Source: an uncultured Verrucomicrobiae bacterium (GTDB lineage: Bacteria; Verrucomicrobiota; Verrucomicrobiia; Chthoniobacterales; JAATET01). From it: DNA of 64,000 nt. Location: contig CAVRCI010000002.1 of NCBI GenBank assembly GCA_963719495.1, positions 224,001-288,000 on the forward strand, given 5' to 3'. Position 1 is the stretch's first letter. Each line of letters begins with the position of its first letter. The notes beneath the pieces were generated by a model. The model did not search any database, was not told the origin of the DNA, and saw nothing but the letters and a program-made list of their open reading frames with translations. Shown here piece after piece: positions 44,727 through 54,900 of the stretch. The translations under genes and the position numbers were made by a program.

Positions 44727-46382
44727 GTGAGTTTTCTGTTTCCGGCGTTCTGGGCGGCGATGGCCCTGGCGGGGCCGATCGTGATCTTTTATCTGGTGCG
44801 GGAACGGCCGCGGCGGAGCCGGATGAGCACGCTGCTCTTCTGGGATTCCGAGAAGCCGAAGATCCACGAGACGCCGCTGTGGCGAAAACTGCGGAGGTGG
44901 CTTTCGCTGCTGCTGCAGATTTTGTTTCTGGCGTTGCTGGTCTTCGCGTTGGCGCGGCCGTTGGCGGATTGGGAGTCGGCGGCGGGGCGGCGGGAGGTGC
45001 TCATCGTCGATCCGAGCGCGAGCATGGGGGCGGCGACGGGTGGGGCGGACCGGTTGGCGGCGGCGGTCGAGGCGGCGCGGGAGGCGGTCGGGCGGCTGCG
45101 GTTCTTCGACGAGGCGGCGATCATCCTGGCGTCGGATCCGCCGCGCGTGCTTTCCGGGTGGACCCGGAGCCGGTCGCAGCTCGGACGGGCGCTCGACGGG
45201 GTGGGCGTCGAGGCGGCGGGAACGGACCCGCGGCCGGCGCTGCGGGTGGCGGGGAGTTTGGTCGCGGACCGCGAGGGGGCGGTGGTGCGGGTGCTGTCGG
45301 ACGGGGTGTGGGACCGGGAGGTGCCGGAGGATTTGACGGCGGGCGTGGTTGGGGCGTGGGGCGGCGCCGCGCCGCGAAACGTGGGGGTGACGGCGTTCGC
45401 GGCGCGGGCTTCGCTGGTCGGGCCGGGGGAATTTGCTTTGTTGCTGCGGGTCGAGGCGGCGGGCACGGAAGCCGTTTCGACGGAAGTCGAGGTCACACGG
45501 GACGGGAATCTCATCGACGCGCGGGAGATCACCGTCGAGCCGGGGGCGGCCTGGGAGGAGACGTGGACGCTGCCGGATTCGGAGGCGGGAACGTTCGCGG
45601 TGGCGCTCACGCCGGAGGGCGGGGACGCGCTGGCGGTGGACAATGGGGCGAGCGTGACGATCGCGCCCCAGCCGACGCTGGACGTGACGTTGGTGTCGGA
45701 GCCGGATGGGTTTCTGGAAGCGGCGTTCGCGTCGATTCCGAACGTGCGGGTGAACCGGGTGTGGCCGGTGGAGGCGGCTGGGTCGGGGGACGCGGCGAAA
45801 TTGTTCGTCTTCGCGGGCGCGGTGCCGCCGCCGGATTTTGCCGCGCGGGCGACCGTGTTGCTCACGCCGACGGAGAGCGGGCGGTGGGGCGGGTATCGGG
45901 GGGAGGTCGTGGATCCGCTGGTGAGCGAGGCTGATTTGGAGAACGAGATCCTCCGATTTACGGCGATCGACCGGGTGCGGGCCGGGCGGGCGGTGGAGTT
46001 CGACCCGGCGGCGGGGGCGACGACGTTGGCGTCGACGGTGGACGGGCCGCTGGTGTTCGGACGGTGGCGGGGGGCGGACCGGTGGCTGGTGATCGGGTTC
46101 GATCTGGCGGAGAGCGATTTCGTGCTGCGGACGTCGTTTCCGATCCTGATGGCGAACGTGGTGCAATCGCTGCGGGTGGGGAGTCCGGACGGCGAGCGGG
46201 CGGCGGTGGCTGGTGGGGTGGAGACGCGACTGGTGGCGGTGCCGCCGATCGGGGACGCGGCGGAGGTCGGGGGTGGCTGGGGCGCGTGGGCGGGGCGGCC
46301 GCTTTGGTGGTGGGCGGTGCTGCTGGGCCTGGTCTGGGTGGTCGGGGAGTGGTGGACGTATCAGCGGAGGGTGACGGAATGA
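44727..46382 (+). CDS. BatA-like N-terminal double-TM + vWA domain protein
   Basis: MSFL.P...L..PI...YL, LLLQILFLALLVFALARP, MIDAS IVDPSASM ... T ... LSDG, Ig-like segment, C-terminal TM with EW. Confidence 0.9.
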   Translation: MSFLFPAFWAAMALAGPIVIFYLVRERPRRSRMSTLLFWDSEKPKIHETPLWRKLRRWLSLLLQILFLALLVFALARPLADWESAAGRREVLIVDPSASMGAATGGADRLAAAVEAAREAVGRLRFFDEAAIILASDPPRVLSGWTRSRSQLGRALDGVGVEAAGTDPRPALRVAGSLVADREGAVVRVLSDGVWDREVPEDLTAGVVGAWGGAAPRNVGVTAFAARASLVGPGEFALLLRVEAAGTEAVSTEVEVTRDGNLIDAREITVEPGAAWEETWTLPDSEAGTFAVALTPEGGDALAVDNGASVTIAPQPTLDVTLVSEPDGFLEAAFASIPNVRVNRVWPVEAAGSGDAAKLFVFAGAVPPPDFAARATVLLTPTESGRWGGYRGEVVDPLVSEADLENEILRFTAIDRVRAGRAVEFDPAAGATTLASTVDGPLVFGRWRGADRWLVIGFDLAESDFVLRTSFPILMANVVQSLRVGSPDGERAAVAGGVETRLVAVPPIGDAAEVGGGWGAWAGRPLWWWAVLLGLVWVVGEWWTYQRRVTE

Positions 46383-48940
46383 GGGTGGAGTGGGCGGAGC
46401 CGTGGATGTTGCTGCTCGCGGCGCTCGGGTTCTTCGTGTGGCGCTGGCAGGTGGGGTCGCCGAGTCCGCTGGTGGGTTGGCGGCGGCGGGTGAGCGCGGG
46501 GTTGCGGTTGGCGATTTTGGTTTGTCTGGTGGTCGCGTTGGCGGAGCCGCGGTGGTTTGCGCGGACGACGCTGGGGCACGTGACGTGGCTCGTCGACGTG
46601 AGCCGGAGCGTCGGGGAGGGCGGCCGGGACGCGGCGCGCAAGCTGGCCGAGGCGGCGGGTGCCGGGCCGGCGGGGACTTCGCAGAGTTGGGTGAGCTTCG
46701 CCGGGCGGGCGGTGGCTTCGCCCGACGAGGAGGCGGCGCTGGAGGTGGCGACGGCGGAGGTCGACGGGGACGCGACGGATCTGGCCGGGGCGGTGCAGTT
46801 GGCGGTGGCGACGTTTCCGCCGGACCGGACGCGGACGGTGGTGCTGGTGAGCGACGGGGTCGAGACGGCGGGAGACCTGGCGGCGCAGGCGGCGGCGCTG
46901 CGCGCGGCGGGCGTGCGGGTTTTTTCCGTGCCGGTGCGGGACCGTGACCAGCCGGAGGTCGTGGTGCGCGGGGTGGAGGCTCCGTCGGAGGTGGCCGAGG
47001 GCGAGCCGTTTTACGTGCGGGGGACGATCCACAGCAATCGGGAGACGGCGGCGGAGGTGGACGTTTTTCGGGACGGGGTGCGGGTCGGAACGCGGGAGGT
47101 GCGGCTGCGGCGGGGCGTGAACACGTTCGAAACGACGCAGACGGTCCGGGGCGAGCGGACGACCGAGGTGGCGATGGTGGTGCGGGCGGAGGGCGACACG
47201 CTCGCGGATAACAATCAGGGCGCGGCGCAGGTGCGCTCGAGTGGGAGCGCGAAGGCGCTCATTCTGGCGGACGATCCCGACCGGGCGCGTCATTTGGCGC
47301 GGGCGCTGAAGTCGGAGGGAATCCTGCTCGACGTGCGGCCGGTGACGGGGGTGCCGACGGATCTCGGGGAGCTGCAGAATTACGATCTGGTGGCGATCGA
47401 CAACCTTCCGGCGACGGACCTTTCGATGCGGCAGATGGAGATCCTGGCGGCTTACGTGCGGGATTTCGGCGGTGGCTTGTTGATGCTGGGCGGGGAGAAT
47501 TCGTTTGGGTTGGGGGGGTATCACCGCACGCCGATCGAGGAGGTGTTGCCTGTGCGGTGTGATTTTCAGAAGGAAAAGGAGACGCCGTCGCTGGGCATGG
47601 TGCTGGTGATCGACCGGAGCGGGAGCATGGGCGGCGACAAGATCGAGATGGCGAAGAGCGCGGCGCGGGCGGCGGTGACGTTGCTGTCGCCGCGGGACTA
47701 CGCGGGGGTCGCGGCGTTCGACAACGAGGCGTTCTGGGTGGCGGATTTCCAGTCGGCGGCGGGGATGGCGGCGATCGAGCAACAGATTTCGACGCTCGAG
47801 GCGGGCGGCGGGACGAACATGGCGCCGGGAATGGAGTTGGCGCTCGACGCGCTGCGGTTGAGCTCGGCGAAGTTGAAGCACGTGATCCTGCTGACGGACG
47901 GGATCTCGACGCCGGGGCCGTTCGAGGAATTGGCGGCGCAGATGGTGGCCGAGCGGATCACGCTCAGCACGGTGGCGGTCGGATCGGGGGCGGACGCCGA
48001 GTTGCTCGAGTCGCTGGCTCGGCGCGGAAACGGTCGGTATTACGCCACGGATGCGCCGGAGAACATCCCGCAAATTTTCACGCGCGAGACGATGACGGCG
48101 TCGAAGTCGGCGATTCAGGACCTGCCGTTTTTGCCGGTGGTGGCGCGTCCGGCGGAGTTTTTGTCCGGGATCGATTTCGACTCGGCTCCGTTTTTGCTGG
48201 GTTACGTGACGACGCGGGCGAAGCCGACGGCCGAGCAGTGGTTGGTGACGGAGAGCGGCGAGCCTCTGCTCACGACGTGGCGTTACGGGCTGGGGCGGGT
48301 CGGGGCGTTCGCGTCGGACGCGCGGAACCGGTGGGGAGTCGAGTGGTTGAGCTGGCCGCAATACGGGACGTTCTGGGCGCAGACGTTCCGGCATTTGATG
48401 CGGCCCGGGGATTTGAGCGGTTTGCCGGTGACGATGACCGAGGAGGATGGGGGGTGGCGTTTGTCGGTCGACGCCGTGGACGCGGTGGGTCGTTTTCTGG
48501 ACGGCGCCGACGCGGAGGCGGCGGTCGTGGGGCCGACCGGGGACGTGCGGAAGGTGGCGCTGGAGCGGACGGCGCCGGGGAAGTTGACGGGCTGGTGGCC
48601 GGCGACGGAGCGCGGCGGCTACCACGCGCAGATCACGCTCGAGGACGCGAACGGGCCGCGGGGCAGTCAATACGTGAGCGGCACGATCGGGTACCCGCGC
48701 GAGCTGCTGCTGGAGCCTCCGAACGTCGGGTTGCTGGGGGATGTGGCGGCGGCGACGGGCGGGAAGCCCGACCCGGACGCGGCGGATCTATTTTCGAAAC
48801 ACCCGTTCGCGCTGGCGGCGGAGAAGGAGCTTTGGCCCTGGTGCGTGGGGATGGCGTTGCTGCTGTTCGTCTTCGACGTGGCCGTGCGGCGGCTGCATTC
48901 GCTGGGCCGCAATCCATCCCCAACCCCTGAAATATTATGA
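46379..48940 (+). CDS. Double-vWA protein with a glutamine-amidotransferase-like (DUF1355-type) domain
   Basis: MIDAS 1 VDVSRSV/TD/SDG; GGGLLMLGGENSFGLGGY..TPIEEVLPV; MIDAS 2 IDRSGSM/GGGT/LLTDG; N- and C-terminal TM segments. Confidence 0.9.
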   Translation: MRVEWAEPWMLLLAALGFFVWRWQVGSPSPLVGWRRRVSAGLRLAILVCLVVALAEPRWFARTTLGHVTWLVDVSRSVGEGGRDAARKLAEAAGAGPAGTSQSWVSFAGRAVASPDEEAALEVATAEVDGDATDLAGAVQLAVATFPPDRTRTVVLVSDGVETAGDLAAQAAALRAAGVRVFSVPVRDRDQPEVVVRGVEAPSEVAEGEPFYVRGTIHSNRETAAEVDVFRDGVRVGTREVRLRRGVNTFETTQTVRGERTTEVAMVVRAEGDTLADNNQGAAQVRSSGSAKALILADDPDRARHLARALKSEGILLDVRPVTGVPTDLGELQNYDLVAIDNLPATDLSMRQMEILAAYVRDFGGGLLMLGGENSFGLGGYHRTPIEEVLPVRCDFQKEKETPSLGMVLVIDRSGSMGGDKIEMAKSAARAAVTLLSPRDYAGVAAFDNEAFWVADFQSAAGMAAIEQQISTLEAGGGTNMAPGMELALDALRLSSAKLKHVILLTDGISTPGPFEELAAQMVAERITLSTVAVGSGADAELLESLARRGNGRYYATDAPENIPQIFTRETMTASKSAIQDLPFLPVVARPAEFLSGIDFDSAPFLLGYVTTRAKPTAEQWLVTESGEPLLTTWRYGLGRVGAFASDARNRWGVEWLSWPQYGTFWAQTFRHLMRPGDLSGLPVTMTEEDGGWRLSVDAVDAVGRFLDGADAEAAVVGPTGDVRKVALERTAPGKLTGWWPATERGGYHAQITLEDANGPRGSQYVSGTIGYPRELLLEPPNVGLLGDVAAATGGKPDPDAADLFSKHPFALAAEKELWPWCVGMALLLFVFDVAVRRLHSLGRNPSPTPEIL

Positions 48941-51900
48941 GAATCGAGACGACGAAAGTGATGAAACGAATGGGCATCGCCCTCGCTGTGAGCGGGTTGA
49001 TGGCGGGCGTCGCGTGGGCTGGGCCGGACGAAATTTCGGAGACCGGCGCGCGCTACGAGACGATGTTGGAGCGGCAGCCGAAGCGGGGGACGGCGTTCGA
49101 GAAGGTGTATCTGGAATTTCTCGAGGCCGGGCGGCTCGACGAGTTGCGCGAGCGCTGGTCGGCGCGGGCGGAGGCGTCGCCGAGCTACGTTCTGCTGCTG
49201 GGCTACCTGGACGAGCGGCGCGAAAAGCTGGACGAGGCGCGGGCGGCTTTTGCGCGCTACGCGGAGCAGGCACCCGACGCGCCGGAGGGCTGGGAAGCGC
49301 TGGCGGGGCTGGATCATCGCGCGGGGCGGCTGGCGGAAGCGGCGGCGGCCCGGCGGAAGGCGCTCGAGCGGACGACGGACCCGGAGCGGCGGATCGCGCT
49401 GTACCAGGAATTGGCGCTGGAGCTGGAGCGGCAGTTTTTGACGGAGGAGGCGACGGTGGTGTGGCGGGAATTGGCCGAGGAGTTTGCCGACGAAACGTTG
49501 GTTTTGGAAGAGGTGTCGCTGGCGCTGGCGCAGGCGGGGAAGACGACGGAGGCGCGGGAAATGCTCGAAGGACTGGCGGCGAAACCGGAGCTTGACGCGT
49601 TTCAGCGAGTCGGGATCGAAGCGCGGATCGCGGGCCTGGAGGAGTTGGAGGGAAAGACGAAGCAGGCGAGGGAGCGGTACGATGGGCTGTTGGCGTCGAC
49701 GCGGCCGGGGAGTTGGTTGCACCGGGATCTGCGGGCGCGGATCGAGGCTTCCTACCGGCGGGAGGATGATCTACCGGGCTTGGTGACGTATTACGAAGGG
49801 CGGCTCGAGGCGTTGCCGCAGGACGTCGAGTCGGCGATCCGACTGGCCGAGGCGTTGCGGGAACTCCGCCGCGAGGGCGAGGCTTTGGATTGGCTGAAGC
49901 GGGCGGCGGAGTGGGCGCCCGATCGCGAGGAACTGCAAATTGCCTACGCCGAAGCGCTGATGGGGGCGGGGAATTTTCCGGACGCCATCGTGATCTGGAA
50001 GCGACTCATCCGCGAGAACCCGGAGACCGTGGATTTCCGCGAAAGTCTGGGCGAGACGCACTGGCGGGCTCACGAAGTCGCTTCGAACGCCGGGGGGGAT
50101 GGCACGAAGGACCGCGCGGCGGCGATCGAGGCCTGGCGGGGGATGGCTCCGTCGGACGGGAACGATCTGGCGCGGGTGGTGGCGCTCGCGACGGTGTGGG
50201 AGTCGCACGATTTGACGGCGGAGGCGCGGACGGAATACGAGCGGGCGCTGGCGATCGATCCCCGGGCGTCGGACGTGCGGGAGCGGCTCGCGATGTTGGA
50301 TCTGGCGGACGGCGAGAAGGAGCGGGCCTGGGCGATGATGGACGGGATCGTCCCGGTGGACGGCGCGGAGGTGCGGGATTACCTTTACCTGAGCCGGTTG
50401 CAGCAGCGCGTCGAGCGGACGGAGGCGTCCCTCGCGACGGTCGAAAGCGGATTGAAGAATTTCCCCGGGGACGTGGATCTTCTTCAACAGAAGCTGACTC
50501 TGGCGTCCGCGTCGGAGCGGTGGGACACGGCGCTGGCGGTGTGCGACGAGTTGCTGGCCGGGGCGGAGTCGGCGGCGACGGCGGCGGAATACGAGAAGCG
50601 GAAAGTGCGCATCCTCGTCGCGATGGACCGGGCCGAGGTGGTGGCGGCGGAGCTCGGGGCCCGGATCGGGGCCGAACCCGGTCTGAGCGAAAGCGAGTTG
50701 CGGTTGTTGATCCGCCTGCTCGAAGCGACGCCGAGCGAGGAGGATGCGATGGAAGCGGCCCTGGCCGAGGCGGAGGCGAGGTTTCCGGACAGTGTCGGGC
50801 TGATCGAGTTGCGGATCGCGGCTCTGGAGGCGGTCGAGCGGACGGCGGAGAAAATTGCGCTCCTGCGCCGCATGGCGGAGCTGGATCCATCGCGGCGGAG
50901 TGCGTGGCTGCGCGAAGTGGCGCGGATCGAATTCGAGACGCTCGACGACGAGGGGGAGGCGGCGCTCGCGACGTTGCGTGAATCGGTGGAGGCGTCGCCG
51001 GCCGACGTCGAGACGCTGGTCGGAGCTGCCGATCTGGCTGGACGCAACGACCGCATCTCGGACGCGGAGACGTGGTATCGCGAGGCCTCGCGCCTGGCGG
51101 AGCGCCCGGCGGACGCGCTGCTGCGGCTCGGATCGTTGTTCATGGGAGCGGACCGGTCGGACGAGGCGATCACGGTTTTCGAGGAGGCTTTCGAGGCGGA
51201 GACGGAGTCGCAGGGGAAACTCGGGATCATCAAGCAAATGACGCGAGCCTACCTGCAGGGTGGCCGGGCGACGGAGATCATTGATCGGTTCGAGCGGCGG
51301 CAACGCGCGGAGGGCGAGGGGGGCTGGCGATACGCGCTCTATCTGTCGGAGATCTACTTTCAAATCAGCGATTACTCCGCGGCCCGCGAGGAACTCGAGC
51401 GGGCGCTGGCTTCGCGGCCGAAGGACGCGAGCCTGCTCCGGCAGTTGGTCGCCGTCGCCGAGCGGGAGCAGAACTACGAGCAGGTCGAGAAATTTCAGCG
51501 GCTGCTCGCCGACGTCGAACCCGGGGAGAGCACGGAACTGGAACTGGCGTCGACGCTGTTGCAGAACGGGAATTTCGCCGACGCGCGGCCGTTGTTGGTC
51601 GAGAATTGGGACGCGCTCACGACGCGGGCGGGGCTGCTCCAGTCGCTGCTGGCTTCGGCCAAGACGGGTGCGACGGTCGAGCCGTTTCTCGCGATGATCG
51701 ATGCGCGGATGGCGGGCGACGAGGCTGGGTTGGAGTCCCGGCAGCGACGGTTGGAGATCGCGCTGGTGACCGAGGATCCCGAGGCGTCGCGGAAGCGGGC
51801 GCTGGATCTGTGGCGGGATCTGCAATCGGAGAAATTGTCGCCGCCGTCGGTGGATCCGAATGGGCCTCGGAGTTCGCCGTCGCCGATATTCGCCTACCTG

Positions 51901-54900
51901 GGAATGACGGTGTCGGAGGAATCGCAGGCGCTCGCAATGGCTCTGCAAGTCCGCCAGATGACCGCCTCGGCGGTGGAATCGATGTTTCGAGAGAATCAGT
52001 CGCGTGGGTCCGGCTCCTACCTGCAAAGCCAATTTGCCTCGATGGGGAAGATCGCCGAGACGTATCCGGGCGAGGTGGCTCTCGCGTGGTACGCGGCGCT
52101 GACCGACCAGGTGGGCGACACCAAGACGGCGGCGGCGGAGCTGGCAGCCAAATTGGCGGCGGGAGGTGCGAGTGCCGGTGAACTGCTGACGGCGATGGTC
52201 GTGATGCGGGATCCGGATCAGCTGAACGAGGCGGTGAGAGGGGTGATCGCGGCAAATCCGGCGGGCGGGACGCTGGACCGATTTGCGCTTGGATTGTTGG
52301 CGTGGCGGGGAGCGGGGTATTCGCTCGATCCGGAGCTGGTTCGTCAGTTGCTGGCGCGCACCGGCACCGACGAGCCGGAATGGACGAACGCACCCGCGGC
52401 GCGGGCGCAGGCCTGGCTGGACGTCGGTGAGCCGGAGCGCGCGAGATCGCTGACCGCGGAATGGGCGAAGAACGACCCGCTCGAGGGCGATGGGGAAATC
52501 TCCGCCGTGCTGACGACGGCGCTGCGCGTCGATTCCGTGGAGGCCTACGAGACGGTGCTTCGGCGCTACGCGGAGAAGATCGCGGCGGATCCCAGCCTGG
52601 GCGTCAGCTATTCGCGGCTCTCGGCCTTCACGATGCCGGGTGCGGTCTATCACTACAGTGGCGGCGAGCCGGAGCGCATGGGGCCGGAAGACGTGAGTGA
52701 ATACCGACGGGCGGGTCTGCGATTTCTCCTGCAAACCCACGACGCGAGCGCGGGGGCCGCGAGCGGCAGCTCGAGCTTCTACGGTGAATTCCGCCCCTTG
52801 ACGGACGCCGGTGCTTTCGTTCCGACGAAGTTGCTCGGATTGCCCGATCTCTCGGTGATCGACAACACCGTGCGGAATGCCCTGCGGCAGGGAGGGAAGA
52901 TCGATGACTGGATCGCGACCATCGAGGGGCTGCGTGACGACGTGGGCGCCGACGCTCCGGACGACGAGCGGGACCGCCTCGACCTGATTCTCGCCATCCT
53001 CCAGGCGTCGGACCGCCGGATGGAGCCGGCCCTCGCGACGATCCGGGAGCTTCGGGAGAAGCGGGACGATCCGGCGCTGGACGTGGTCGAAGCGAAGATG
53101 CTGATGGACGACGGGGATGAGCGGGCGGCGCTCGAATTGCTGGACGCCGTGCCGCGATCGGCGGGCGACGTGCGGCGATACGCCGACCTTTACCGGCTGG
53201 ACGCGCTGACGCGCCTCGGTGAGCGGGACGACGCGGAGAAGTTGTTGAGCGAACTGACGCGCGGGCGCCGGGTGACGGCGTCGGGCGAGCGGAATTTTCT
53301 CCAAAATTTCGAGCGCCGGTTGAAGGGGGCGACGACCACCACGCAGCCGAGTCCGTCGCAAACGGTCGCTCAGGAGGCGCAGAGTCTCGCTGCGCTGAAG
53401 AAGGATGGAAAATTGGACGACGCCAATCGACTGGCTGAGAAATTACTGCGGCTCGATCCCTTCGGTGGCGGGAATAATTCCTACGCGATCGGACGCGCGA
53501 TGAGTTTTCTCGAAAAGGAGGATCTCCAGAAGTATCAGGCGGAGTGGCGGGAGGTGCTCGACCGCTCGCCGCGATCCGCGCGGCACCTCTACCTGATGGC
53601 CCGGAGTTGGCAATACGTGAGCGTCGTGAAACGGGCGTGGGTCGAGCGGACCGACGTGGAGTTGCCCGTGTGGCTGCGGTTGAGCCGGACCGGGTCGGAA
53701 TTAACGGCGGAGTCCTCGAAGGACGGGGAGACGTGGAAGGCACTGAGCGGCATGACGTTCGACGCCGACGGGCCGGTGCTCGTGGGGATTGCGATCAGCA
53801 GTCATGACCCGAAATTGCCGACGGCGGCGGACTTCGAAGCCGTCGCGCTCACGGGCGACGCCCCGGCTTCGGAAGGCAAAGGCGAGCTGGTCGATGGGTG
53901 GCGTTCGGTCGACGTGGGCAAGGTCGCCGCGGGTGGCGGGGCGGAGATCGCCGACGGAAGCGTGAGCATCCGAAGCGCCGGCGACGACATCGCCGAGGGG
54001 AAGGATTCGTTCCGCTACGTCTACCGGAATCTTCCGTCCGACGGGACGATCACGGCGAAGGTGACGCGGATCGATCCGGGGCACGACTGGGCGAAAGCGG
54101 GGCTGATGGTGCGCGAATCGCTGGAACCGCTCAGCCGATTTGGAATGGCGCTCGTGACGCCGTCGAAGCGGGTCTTGTTTCAGGCGCGCGAGACGGTGGA
54201 CGGCAAGGAGCCCGTGCCGGAGCTGGAATATTGGGCGAAGCTGGTCGAGGTGCGCGCCAGCGACGACGACGTGCGGCGGTCCTACGCGAGGGCGTTGCGG
54301 AAAGCGGGCCGCGAAGACGAGAGCCTGGCCGTGCTCGATGAGATGTTGAAGCGGGATCCGCTCGAGGCGATGCGGAATTCGCACGACCTCATCCGGGCCT
54401 ACGAGTCGGCGGACCGGCTGGGCGACCTCGTCGCATTCGTCGAAGGCTACGACTTGAGCCGACCGGATCAGCAGCGCGATTACCGGGTGGCGGACTTCGT
54501 GTCGAATCTCGCCGAGAAAATGGGGAGCAAGGATCCGAAGAAAGCGGTCGCATTCGTCTCGGGAGTGATCGAGCGAATCTCTCCGACGGAGACGGCGGAG
54601 ATGCGAGTGGCCCGGGCGAAGATTCAAATCGCACACGGCACCGAGGAGGAAAAACGGGCGGCACTCCGGGATTTGATCCTGCCGACCTTCGGTGAAGGGA
54701 CGGCGGCTTCGGCGGTCGAGCCGACGGTCTACCGCCGCTCGCTGAACAATTCCATCCGACACGGCGATTACGATTTCGAGCCGAGCGGCGCCGAATACCT
54801 CGGGCTGCTCCGCGAGAACGGGATGTTGGAGGAGATCGCCGACGCGCTCGAGGCCGAGGAAGGATCGGGCCACGGCAGCCAGCAGGCCGACCCCATCCGC

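Noticed and set aside
49771..53361. 1196-aa antisense ORF and the many similar long overlapping ORFs (e.g. 31145-33490, 46361-48670, 56055-58661)
   Set aside because: R/P/H-rich, motif-less mirror frames expected in high-GC coding DNA.
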